64,000 nt of DNA, taken from positions 62,001 through 126,000 of the forward strand of contig NMRA01000097.1 in assembly GCA_002633005.1 (NCBI GenBank), read 5' to 3'. Below are positions 20,101-31,870 of this stretch, piece after piece; positions within the stretch are counted from its first letter, which is position 1, and every line of letters begins with the position of its first letter. The stretch comes from Phoronis australis (Eukaryota > Animalia > Phoronida). Position numbers and translations under genes: made by a program. The notes beneath the pieces were generated by a model, which saw nothing but the letters and a program-made list of their open reading frames with translations, ran no database searches and had not been told where the DNA came from.

Positions 20101-23100
20101 GTTTAGCCAATATAATTTATTGAAATTCTCTCTGTAACTATCAGTTATGGGTTATTCTCGTAGACTTTGTACTTTCACTGAAGTGAGATTTAATTAGTTT
20201 TCTGAACTGGTTGTGGAGTGAAGTGAAAGACCAAATTACTTCTCTTGAAACTGACTGCTGGTGATTGTGTATTCAGCCAAATTTGACCTCTGTTGCTATT
20301 AGACTACTTCCCTGTAGTTAGATTTTTCTATTTAGGTTTCGGTTGTGTGTCTGACAGTCAATTTTAATCCAGAATGCCTGATTTTGAATCATTTTAGGCT
20401 GAGGAGAATCTGGGAATGGTTATGATATTTACACTGGTGTCTGCAGTGCAAGAGAGGCTACATGATATAGTGGAGGCTAGGAAAACTAGACATGAAGAGG
20501 AAAAAGAACGCCTTGAAAGGGAGAGAGAAGAGGCGGAGAAGGTTTGTGCTTGTCGAACCTGGGTTATAACAAACGTCATTAGAAATTTGACCTGTTTCCA
20601 TGCACCTTGTACTTCAGTGATAGATTTTTTCTTAAATCAGAGTTTATGTTTTGGATTTGAAAGAATTTGATAGTCTGTCCTTGCTCAAGACCAGGCTTTA
20701 CAAGCTGATTGTCAGGGCGGGTCATTTCATGCACAAAACGTGGTATCTGGCAATGACTGACTGATCGTCAGGGCTGCTCATTTCGTACACAGAGGATGGT
20801 ATCTGGCAGTGTTTGACTGCTCGTCAGTGCGGGTCATTTCATGTTTAGCAGTGATCAACAAGATTGTCAAGGCGAGTCATTTCATGCACAAAACATGGTA
20901 TCTGGCAGTGATTGACTGCTTGTCAGGGCGCGTCATTTTGTATGTGGAACATGGTATCTAGTAATGATTGTCAGTTTTTGTTTACGCCCTGAAACCACTT
21001 CTCATGCGACTTTGGAGCAAATTGAGATCGGTACAAGGGTCTCTTTCTCGAAGAATCTTTATCTTTTGGCTAAAAATCAGTCTACAGATAGCTTAATAAC
21101 CCGTTCCACAAAATCAGGCCGAGGCTTAAAGTATGTTTACAACTTGAAGCCAAAAGACAGAAATCCCTAGTCTGCTCGGGGCCAGATTGTAGGTGCTTTA
21201 AGGATTTGAATTTTACTTTCAGAAAAAATTTGAAGGCACGAGAGTGACTGTAGAATCATTTTTATCTTGGAAAAGCAAGTTTGATGCAGAAATGGAGGAA
21301 CTAAGACGATTGGAAGGCCAGAAATCTAAAGTGACAAAAAAGTTGACCGGTAAAGAGCTGTTTCTAAAAGACACCACATTAGACGATTCTGATATAAAAT
21401 TTTTGGAAGAAGGTAAGTTCTGCCGCTCGTGCAAAGCATTCTAGAATTGAGCAACATAGAGTTTCAACAGTAGTATTCTGATTGGCCAATTCACAAATAA
21501 AATGTTAGTTTCTCATTCTTCCATGAAAGTATAGATGGCATCATTACAAATGCTTTATCTTTCAAGTTCTGTACCGTAGCTACTCCTGAAAATTGTGGAT
21601 ATTCGCAACAATGCTAAAAGACCTCAAATAATGAGAAACTCTGAGGGATTGCATTTGTGTCCTCTTCGAGCTCTCAGATTATTTTTTTTATAAAATTGTG
21701 TAAGCTATTCTAAATTATATTAGGTCTTCTTTACATGCTTAGTTCAATGCTGAATAACGGTAGTTCTGTTCTCTATAGAGCACTTGGTAGTTTTCTTCTT
21801 GAATTACTAAACATGTGTACCATTGGTTGTGTGAATATTTCGATAAATTATGAAATTAATCAAGGTAATGTGATGTATCATACGTGAAGTATTGAAAGAA
21901 GATAAAAAAAATCATGCAGAGCATTACAATGATGCCTATTAACCGCCATATTCAGCGAGGTTCTCTGTGTAAGCACAAACGCACAAGGTTTTCACACTAT
22001 AAGCCAAGCTGAATATACATCAAATGTGAGTTTTTCACACATGAATGCTAAACCAGAACTCACATTGCTTGATGCACGAACGTCCAGCTGTGCTCCCAGG
22101 CTTTCAGCTGAATTTGTGCAGTTCTTCATCTGCATCTTGAAAGTCATAGTTTCTCAGCCAAATATTCATAATATACATCATCAGAGTTGGCTTGAAGTTG
22201 AGATTTTCGACGCAGTTTAGCTACAGAAGACTTGTATTCTGGGTTCTTCGCCTTTGACCTAATTTTGAAAAGCTGTTTTATTTCTCAGTCTTCTTTCTGC
22301 ATTTTTCAAAAAGATATCTCCTTCAGATTCACGACACTTTTCCAATATACATTGAATTAATTTTGATGTGTTGGTACAGTTATTTCTCCGTCTTCTATCT
22401 ACAGTCTGAGCATAAATATCACTAGGTTTGCCTAATTTTTCATGTATACATCATGACATGCATTTTTCTGCTCTAACATGATTTCTGGTCGCTTTTTACA
22501 AACCCTGAGAAATAGATCGTAGAAAATTTTGAGAGGTGGGTCCATTGGACCTGTGTTTGGAAAACAGAGCAGGGAAACCCTGCGTTACTATAATTGCCAA
22601 TTCAACAAACGCATTTTATAGAGGAATGTAATGTAAGTTAATTCAAAATTACAAATGACATTGATAGCTTGAATTCGTGACGAGACATTCACGGTATGGC
22701 ACAACAGGATGCTGCTTTGTCATTTAGTCCCGGTTATTTACACATTTCTGATTGGATAGCAATTTTTCCATTGACACATTCTATGGGTGTCTGTAACGCC
22801 TTCATCGGCGTTTTCTTAAAGCACACGGAATGTACGTTGTGAGGTTCACTGCATTCAGTAGACCCTAGACTTAGCAAGACATTTGCAGCAAGAAATATTT
22901 GCTTATTCTATCTTCAGCAGCCACCATTGCGCTTGTGAGTTTCAGAGCATGCTCGTCAAACTCACGGCCTTCCCCAATCATGGTCTTGTATGATATTGCT
23001 TTTTGTGAAATTCCTGCGTCTTTAGAAGGCACCCCTTGAGAAAATGTGTATGAAGGCAGTAAAGGCAATGTGTAATGCGATTATTAATATAACATATTAT

Positions 23101-23278
23101 TGTAGAATTTCTTGCTATTTAATCAGAAATAAGTAATCGATCGGAGCTAAATGGTGTACAGCATGCAATCTACCTCAACCAACATATCTAGTTTCAATTC
23201 TACATTACAGAGGGCGACACAGTACAGGTGGATGAATCACTGTTTGAAGACTTGGACGATTTAGAGATAGAGGACTGA
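14123..23278 (+). CDS. RWDD1: RWD domain-containing protein 1 (DFRP2/Gir2 family), 6 exons, 219 aa
   Basis: Exons 14123-14192 (MDYAEEQSGEIEALESIYSEELT), 18366-18428 (VHSSDPHRFSIHVLSEDPDHA, least certain), 19361-19485 (..LTFTYTPTYPEEAP..), 20398-20541 (AEENLGMVMIFTLVSAVQERL..), 21223-21412 (..VTVESFLSWKSKFDAE..KLTGKELF..), 23211-23278 (..VDESLFEDLDDLEIED*). Total 660 nt in phase; RWD YPxxxP motif and DFRP C-terminus. Confidence 0.95.
14536..16855. mobile_element. Fold-back MITE (~225-bp inverted arms) in RWDD1 intron 1, right arm split by a nested element
   Basis: 14536-~14760 is the reverse complement of 14954-15132 joined to 16819-16855. Confidence 0.75.
15133..16813. mobile_element. hAT-like non-autonomous element with 5-bp TSD (contains N gap 15693-15699)
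   Basis: Perfect 11-bp TIR CAGGGCTCGAC..GTCGAGCCCTG; ATCAA on both sides (15128-15132, 16814-16818); subterminal TGCGACCTGG repeats at both ends. Confidence 0.78.
16869..17427. mobile_element. Another copy of the TAGACAATGACC fold-back MITE family
   Basis: Termini TAGACAATGACC..GGTCATTGTCTA; arms 16869-~17150 and ~17200-17427 homologous to the 12456-13390 element. Confidence 0.8.
20706..20974. repeat. Minisatellite, ~55-bp unit, about 5 diverged copies (RWDD1 intron 4)
   Basis: Recurring GTCAGGGCGGGTCATTTCATG..TGGTATCTGGCAGTG at ~20706, 20761, 20817, 20860, 20916. Confidence 0.85.
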
Positions 23279-24051
23279 TGTATCCACAAACTCAAACTGA
23301 CGTCACGGTCATGTGACTGCTGATTTGGCGGTGTCGTTTACTGTGATTCTGTTGTGAGAAAAGTCAACTCTCCATTCATAGTCAAAAAGACTCGATTTAG
23401 CGACAGTGAGTGGTTATTGCCCTGGTACCCATTCTGACCACTGAGGACATTTCAAAGAAATAACGTGAAGTAAATGATGCACATCATAATGTGTCGGATG
23501 TTAACGACACAAAGTCGGCCATTAAAGCAGAAGATGCAATTTCTAAAACATCTCATGACTCGTTATACACTTGGCAGAAACATGACATTTCTGCATGCAG
23601 GAAACAGGTTTTTTCCTGACAACTGCTGCACTTCTAATTATCAAAACAAAAATGAAATCTTTGTCACAATATATCAGTGAGACTTCATTGAAAATATTTT
23701 TGGCCACCACTTTTATGATTAATTTACACTTTTTGACTTCCTTCCTGAAAATAAACATAAATGAAGTTAAATGAAAATTATGAATGTTTTTGTTTCCTGA
23801 AGTAAAGTATGATAGATGGCCTTAGCTGCACAAGGCAGACGATGCATTGCATGATTGCCCTACTTTTCAAACTAGGTCAGGCACTCCTCAGTTGACTAAC
23901 AACTCAGAAAAGAACAATACATGGCAAATCCAGCACTGATGATTGGCAATATTGCCAATTTCTTGGTCTGTGCATTGCAACCCAAAAACACTGTGATTAC
24001 CAGTAGGTTTCAGAACAATGATGGATTGAATAAAAAATGGAATAAGAGATA

Positions 24052-25441
24052 CCGTATTCGCCTTAATAACCGCCCATGCCCCAAAAACGCCCCCCACGCA
24101 TTTTCAGACTTTGCTGAAATAAGCGCCCAGTCCATGAACATGTACATGCGAACAATGACGTACCTACAGTCCTAAAACTCGGCTACAGTAACGTCTTCAA
24201 TTTATCAAAAAATTTTTGCACGGGTCTTCTAGACCACCAACGGCACTGCTTCGTTTGTATTTAGCCGTGACTGTACACTTCAAAGTAACGCCGTGTTTCA
24301 AAAAGAACGAAACAGCGTTGCTACTCTCGCAACGAACGTGTCCCACTATGGTATGACCTTTCAGTACAGACACAGCGACGTCTCATGAATAAAAATAACT
24401 CGGTGTTAAACGCCCGAGGCCAGGAAGCGCATGCTACATACATGAACCCATAGACAGTCTATGCATGAACCTGTCAACAAAGACATTAGTCTGGAACTAT
24501 CCATTCATGAAACGGTTAGCATAGCATCAGTAAGAAATGAATATTGGCACTAATTTTGGACAATTTCTAATACTATAAAAATATTTGCGTTGTTTTTAAG
24601 ATGGATTGTTTGATTAACCATACTTGGTGTTTTTAAGCCAAATATCCGATAAAATGACAATTGACAGTGAAAGCTTACACATCCTTACACCGAAAAATAA
24701 CTGTACGCATCCAGCTACACGGCAACTAATATGGGCCTTATCGAGACAAATGTCGAAAGTTTTTAGCACACGAGACCGGCAAGTGCTGAATGAAACACGC
24801 TCTGGTTTAGGCTTACTGCTTGTGTAAATTTCTTTAGATACAATGCACATCTAGCTTGTTAGATTGCGTGCCTCTGGCCAAAAGACTGTCTCTGCTTTGG
24901 CAAATGAACTCTGGTGACATGCATGCGCTCGCTTACTCACAAATGCAGACGAACTTCAAAACAAACGTCACGTGACAACATGTGTGTTCGTCCAGACATT
25001 TTTCTCGTGTTAGCGATCACGCATGAAGATGGCACGATGTAGGACCGGTTTTTACTGAAACCTGCCGTTAATCCCGACTCCACAGGAACTTAAAAATCTA
25101 AGGGACGCTACTTGGAAAAAAGGAGGATTTCAGGTAATTTGCTTGAGTCGAAACTGGATTTTTACTCAAGCATTCAAGTCGCCATATCAACGACGACGAT
25201 TGCGAGGCAGTCAGTCGGCGAGTTTTCGCCCTGGGATTTCACCGAGCACCATTTCCAGTAAAATGATCGTAATTTAGAAGCAAAGTTTGATAGCAATGCA
25301 CCACAGTTCTGTAGAAAGTCTTTCATAGCTTCCGATTTCACCCGTTTCGAGGACCGAGTTTCAACCGCCTTTGGTTATAATAAGCGCCCCCCTGAACCGA
25401 ACTTTTCTAAGCGCCCTGGGCGGTTATTACGGCGAATACGG
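24052..25441. mobile_element. Tc1/mariner (pogo/Tigger-type) non-autonomous element, 1390 bp
   Basis: TA on both sides (24050-24051, 25442-25443); ~25-bp TIR CCGTATTCGCC(T/G)TAATAACCGCCCA; subterminal TAAGCGCCC repeats. Confidence 0.85.
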
Positions 25442-25993
25442 TACTTTCTAGTACATTTGGATGAGAAAAAACTGGACGTGTGTTGCATTGTGGGTAAATA
25501 ACATAGGATGTGAGTGGTGCTGCACTTTTTCAGGACAGGCCTAATCTGATCAATTCATTTAGTGTTGTCAGTTGTGCAAGTTACCAACATCAACTTGATG
25601 TCTGTTACAAACACAATGGAAACAGACAACTTGACTGTTCCTTACAACGCAGAAAAGAGAACTAAATGTTAAAAGACAGTGCTGTGCCAAGAAAATGAAG
25701 AAATATATACAATATAGTACAATACAAGACCAGAGAACCACTAACTCATTTAGATCATCAACTAAAATACACCTGGATTTGAGAGTCTCAGGAGTCAAAT
25801 ATGCAGAAGTTGGATATTTGCTGTCAACTCCCACATACTTAAGTGGTATGTTAAGTCTAGTTTTAAGTACTCAGCCCTTGAGGAATGTCCAGTTTTACCT
25901 TGCACAAATAAAATATCTGAAAATAAATGCTGCTTCTAGACATTTGTTCTAACGGATGATTTAGTGTTTCTGTTAATCTCCACTTGGAATGAA

Positions 25994-28900
25994 CTAAATA
26001 CTATAGACAGTTATCTTGATGTCCTCTCCACGAAATATTCCTGTTATCATTGAGGACACCTTGGACCAATCCAATCGATCTAATCCACATCCAATCTTTG
26101 GCATTGATAAAGCCTTAATGTTGTTTTCTCTACAAATGTTCCTCATAGCCACAAGGGATGCCCTCAGAGAGCCGTATGTAGGCTTTTTCCAATATTTGTC
26201 CTTCGTAACGAGGTAAAATATAATCCGCTGCCCTCGCCTCAATATGGCAACATCACCTGGCCTTTTACCTGAAAAAGTTAATGATTGGTTCATGAGAAAT
26301 TCTGTACAGTAATTATGCTAAATCTGTATTTATTTAATTTAAAAATAATTTGCATGTTTTATTTTCAATGAAGTGACTACTTTCCTATTTGCAATCCAGT
26401 GCTCTGTCTTGTTTATGACGCCTGTGTAACATGAACCTAGGTACTAAATGAATTCAGGCTTCTACTGTCTAGAACTTTGACTTTGACTTGACTAAATAGG
26501 TCAAGATTAATGCTATCATGGTTTTTAAGGCAATTAATAATGACAAAAACTATGAGCACGGACTCGAGACATTGCACATTGGCACTATACCTACTCAAGT
26601 GAGTATCCAAACACTAGCCCATTAACAATTCAAAGCATTTCTGCAGTGAAAAATGTTACAGTACTGAAAAGAATAGAAATATAAAACACAGGTTACAGAA
26701 GTACGCCATGGCAGCTCTTTGAAAAATTCTGATCAAGTTCATTCATCTTCGGATTACACATAGTAAAAACGTGTTTTGAGTGGATAAATGTTTGCACACC
26801 TGATAACAAAAATTGGACGGTATAAAGAATGGCTTCATCCAACAATTCCGAGGTTCTAATGCACTCCCAACATTGACCTAGTTAAAAGCTCTGTTGCTAG
26901 AACTGACGTCGTGTTCACAATGCAACTATAAATTTGAATTGAGTTACAAGCATGGTCCATAACGTTCCATGTCACAAGTCTCAAGTAGTGTGATTTGGTT
27001 ACATCGAACATTTCATAAAGGTCATGGGAAAATTCATACTAATGTCATTCCACTATATAAGGCATGCATCTATGACAAGAGCAACGCGCAATATTGAAAT
27101 GCGCCCACGAATGCATCGCAAACGGTGCGCTTTAGGGTTGTTTATTTGTGTCATAAAAATGGCCACTAGATGGCGCGAAAATGTAAAATCCATCTGAAAA
27201 TGGGAACATGTCATAGCTTCTTTAATAGAAAGCTATTAACCAAATTTCACATAAATCTGTCACAGAACTTCAGAGAAACAAAAGAAAAGAGAATAAAATG
27301 AAATTGCCAATAGGGGGCACAGTGTTCAATGGCTTCTCCTGAAAGTTGTTATTGTCTGTTGTTAGCTTCATATAAATACACTTACTAAATTTAATAAAGA
27401 TCCAGCTGTGGGTTTAGCAGATACAGCTGTGGGTGCAAAACAAAACAAAACTACCATATGATAGGAAACACCACAGTAGCCAAAGTCGTCATCGTCAACC
27501 ATCCTCTTGACACAGAGAACATAAACACCAATTTTCAAAACCATCCTTAGAATGATTTGGTTGATAGAGGGGTGGATGCCGAAAAACAGACTCGAAAACG
27601 GCAAAAATGGCCATTAGGTGGTGCAAAATACCTCAATTCCATCCAAAAGCGAGAGGATAGCGTCATCTCACCAATAGATGCCTGAATTCAAAATTTTATG
27701 AAAATCCATTGAGGACCCTTGAAGATACAGAGGTAAACATAAAATCTAAAATTGCCACCAGGGGGCACACCAGTAGTCAGATCTGTCCAACAGTCGTTAT
27801 TCTTTGTCAACATCATATAAATACACTTGTTAAATTTAGTAAAGATCCTGCAAATGGTGTAAGAGATGCAGTCATGGGCGCAAAAAAACTGCCACTAGGA
27901 GGCACCACAGTAGCTGAAGTCATCGGAAAATCATTGTCCGCCGTCCATTTCATAGTAAAAACATACATGCCAATTTTCACAATTATCCTGAAAGCGATTT
28001 GGATGATAGAGGGGTGGACGCCAAAAAACAGACTCAAAAGCGGTAAAAATGGCCACTAGGTGGCGCAAAAGTCAAATCCACCTGGAAACCAAAAGATAGC
28101 CCCAACACACTAACAGAAGCATGTATGCCAAATTTTTTGAAAATATGTCAAGGACCTTTGAACATACAGAGGTTAATGTGAAAAAAATAACCACCAGGAG
28201 GCACACCAGTAGTCTAATCCCTCCGAAAGTCGTCGCTGTCCTTTGTCAACATCATATAAATACACTTACTACATTTAGTAAAGATCCTGCAGACAGTTTA
28301 GGAGATACAGCCATAGGCGCAAAAAAAACAAAATTACCACTAGGAGGTACCACAGTAATCCAAGTCGTCGGAAAATCATCGTCAGCCATCCACTTTATAG
28401 TACGAACATGCATGACAATTTTCATAATCAACCTTAGAGCGATTTGGTTGATAGAGGATGGACGCCTAAAAACAGACTCGAAAACAGTAAAAATGGCAAC
28501 TAAGTGGCGCAAATTACGTCGAATCTATCCGAAAACGGGAGGATAGCATCATCTCACTAATAGATGCCTGCATACCAAATTTTATGAAAATATGCTGAAG
28601 ACCTTTGAAGCTATAAAGGTAAGCGTAAAAAACTAAAATTGCCACTAGGGGGCACACCGGTAGTTGGATCCATCTGAAAGTTCGATCATGCCGTCCCATC
28701 CATGAAAGGAATACAAGTGCAAAATTTCATGAACATACGTCAAACGGTTTTGGAGTTACAGCAACAGACGCCGGACGGACGCTGGACGGACGGACGAAGA
28801 TGACGGCATAATGCGTCCACATATAAATATGCGGGGGCATAAAAATAGACAAATGACATGGCGATAGCCAACTAATTTCCACTACAATATTTCTTCAAAA

Positions 28901-31380
28901 CAGAAAATTTCAAGAAAAGCAACTTTTTAAAATCTGAAGCTCATGCCACAGCAGATGTGAACCATGCAAATCGGCATAACAACCACGGAGATTAACTGGT
29001 GATTTTTCTACTATGATTTTTGACCCAATGTAATTTCCCAAAGTGGCAAGAGTTAGAACCAAGATGGCTGAATCTCCCAGACTACCTCAGTGCAGTGATG
29101 TCACACTCCGTCCCCATTAAGAACTAAGAAGCTATACTACCGTCGCCAATACAATTTCTGTTAGGGTGGTAAAAATTAATGAGCAATTCAAAATCACACC
29201 TACACAGCGTAATACTAGAGGTCTCTGCCCCCTCCACCTCCCTACGCCCCTGCAGGATTGCGACACTCACCTTGTGCCAACAACTCGTCAACACCTCCAA
29301 ATGTACTTTTGAAGACAGCAGCTATACCTTTTCCCATGTGGGCATCTTGACTTATGCAGTGAGCCAAAGAGTCTGACTGAGGACAAGAGAACAGGTCGCC
29401 CTTTCTTTCAGTGTAGTGAAGTCGCTGCAAAACACAGTGTGCATCTATTAGCAACAGAGCAACCCATACATGCAGGAGAAGAAAAAGTAAGGGCAGCCAC
29501 CTCACCCCCTTGTGCTTTACCAATCTGATAAGTAAGTCTACATATGGAGACGTTTCTTCACTTTGTTACGCAACATTATGGTGAACAGTGAAATTTTCTT
29601 TCAAAAAAGTTAAAGCTAACAGGAGGAAAACGTTTTGCACAATTTACCTTGTACAGCAGTTGTTAACAAAAAAAGTTGAAATTTTGAGCATTTTAACAAA
29701 TAATGCAATGAATTAAAAAATAAGTTCGAATACAGAGCAACTTTAGAATAACGTATTCATCACTGAATCTTATCACAATCCAAATAGCCTTGCATTACGA
29801 TAAACATCATTTATTAAAAGATTAATGCCACGATGTGCATCAACTACAGAATATGGTAATTACTTCAATTATTGTATAAGCTCTGCATGACAGACAATGT
29901 GTTAACTTTGTGAAAGGTTACCTTCTCAGTCCTTGGGATAAGTCCTGGAGTAGTTTCAGACCTCAGCTCAGTTGTATCTTCAGCTTTCAAGGTTTTCAAG
30001 TTCTCGTGTCCATCCAGACTTTTCGACTGAAATCAATTTTGAAAATTCCAATGTTTCCTTGACCAAAATGCAAAATAACAACTACATAATGTGGAAAATT
30101 GATACATGTTGATAATATTGTACCACAAACTCTCTACTGTATATCATTGACCCTAGCCATTTGTTTAGTGTGATGTCACTTTGACCCAGCTACATAAAAT
30201 TAAAATGCCAAAATTAAAGAGGATGATAATAATTACCCGGTAGGACAAATTAACTTTGCACTATAAATTACTAAGCACATTGAAAATTAATTTTTGGTCA
30301 CGGACCTGGTGAATCCTAATCCTTCTGAACTCTCCAGCAGCAAAGTGGGTGCAACCTTTGTCGAAGCACACCGATTCATCCAAATGCATAATGTTGTAAA
30401 AATTTCAAATGTAATTAAATTGTCTTTGTGGTTACATGAATCAGAAGAAGTCCAAGACCTGCAATTTTTTTTGAAAATGTGATGTCATTGTGCATTTCTA
30501 TTCCTATGGGTCCAAAACACATCACATTAGTGGCAGACAACTCATCAGTGAACATCCAAACATGTGATATAATACATTTTTGAGAACATTTTAAGGTTAT
30601 CTAGAACCTTAGTAAACGATCTCAAGTCTAAGTCAAATATCGAAAAAACCATTAAAAGTATATGTCATATAGGAGGAAGATCAAGGATTTTAAAAACATG
30701 CTTCTTACTAATGTCTTCATCATTGTCACATGAGCGTGTTGTTACAGTCAAATTTCCCTGTGCAAGAAAGATACATTCATAACAACCCAGTCGATTTTAC
30801 TAAAACTTTTTTAAATGAAAACTTTTCAGACATTTGCAAAAAAGCCTCACGGCAAATAAATATTCTAAAAAGAATTGGACACCCTCTTGCGATAAATAGC
30901 AGACTTGCCAATGATTCTGTTAAATTTTATGTGGTAGAAATAGCCCAATTCACTAATGTTAACCTGTTCTTCAAACGACAATAATGAATGAAGATTCTTG
31001 ATAACAACTTAAACAATTAGTATATCGGTACATGGGCGGCGCACCATAGGGGGCTATAGCCCCCATTGTTTTCAGTGCTCAGGCGCCCATGGTCTATGGG
31101 CAGTGCATCACAGGGGGGGCTGGAGGGGCTATAGCCTCCCACTTTTTTCAGTGCTGCGCCGCCCATGCGGAATGTCTCAAAAACGCTGTTAGGAATTTTA
31201 TATTACAACAGACCCTCACACCAGATTAGCTTATTTTATGGGACTCACTATTCTCTTGCAGTTGATAGCTTTAGTAGACGTCTGTGACTGTGGTCTCTGT
31301 ACTATTTTCTCACAGGTTTTAAACTTCTTGTCCGACTTCATGACGTGGAAATGTATCGCTTCATTTCCTGCCACTGCCAT
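25994..31380 (-). CDS. OARD1: ADP-ribose glycohydrolase OARD1/TARG1 (macro domain); core exons confident, two N-terminal exons tentative
   Basis: Core exons 29424-29271 ([51 protein letters not shown]) and 26268-25994 ([47 protein letters not shown]), phase-1 junction. Tentative upstream phase-0 exons 31380-31249 and 30026-29922 are open with AG/GT ends but show no recognisable homology. Confidence 0.9.
27075..28843 (-). mobile_element. Helentron-associated (HINE/DINE-like) element with central ~445-bp tandem array, in OARD1 last intron
   Basis: Minus strand starts TTTATGCCCCCGCATATTTATATGTGGACGCAT followed by a (GTCC)n microsatellite and ends GTGGGCGCAT..hairpin..CTCTTGT; anchor AAAAATGGCCACTAG recurs at ~27155, 27603, 28045, 28489. 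Confidence 0.75.
30805..30910 (+). mobile_element. Small CR1/L2-type LINE ORF2 fragment
   Basis: Translates [27 protein letters not shown], resembling the post-RT 'HIxxICKKASxQLNxLKR' segment of CR1-group LINEs. Confidence 0.55.
31031..31167. mobile_element. 137-bp GC-rich MITE
   Basis: Perfect 13-bp TIR CATGGGCGGCGCA..TGCGCCGCCCATG; internal repeated GGGGCTATAGCC; flanks CGGTA/CGGAA (possible imperfect 5-bp TSD). Confidence 0.75.
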
Positions 31381-31870
31381 CCTACGCATATCAAATTACC
31401 AGAGCAGTTTAGAATTTCAGTGCAGAATCTTGCCAGTGAAGTATTTACTAATGCATGCCCATAAGACAACACTAACGTGTACACGACTGTGTTGGCTTAC
31501 GTACTAAATAGAAATATGTAGAAATTGCTGAACTGATACCGGAAGTTGGACGAACATGCGCAGCAGTTTTTTGGTAGGCTACTCAAATAATCGAACACTC
31601 AAGCTAAATGAACCAGCAAAAAAATGAAATGGTCACGTTTTGTACTCTTTCTGATTTTCTGATTAACTGAGAATTTTTAATGAGTTTCTGACTTCAATGT
31701 TACATGACATTCAATATTTTATTTTTTCGAAGTCTGAAGAACACTAGAAACTCCCCAGATTGTAACTGTAAACAAGGGGTATTCCCTTTCCAGGTCATCC
31801 TCGTGATTTCCCCCAGAGCCTCGTTTTCATATTGTCAGCTGATCCGTAGAGTGAGTGTTTGAAATGGCGT
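31381..31870. promoter_or_regulatory. Putative divergent promoter region between OARD1 and the UNC93-like gene
   Basis: ETS motif ACCGGAAGT 31538-31546, NRF1-like CATGCGCA 31555-31562, YY1-like AAATGGCG 31862-31869; outward-facing GTAAG donors at 31500(-) and 31933(+). Confidence 0.5.

Noticed and set aside
27368-28699. Cluster of similar 60-140 aa ORFs as a small gene family
   Set aside because: They are translations of successive units of the ~445-bp array, with frames not conserved between units.
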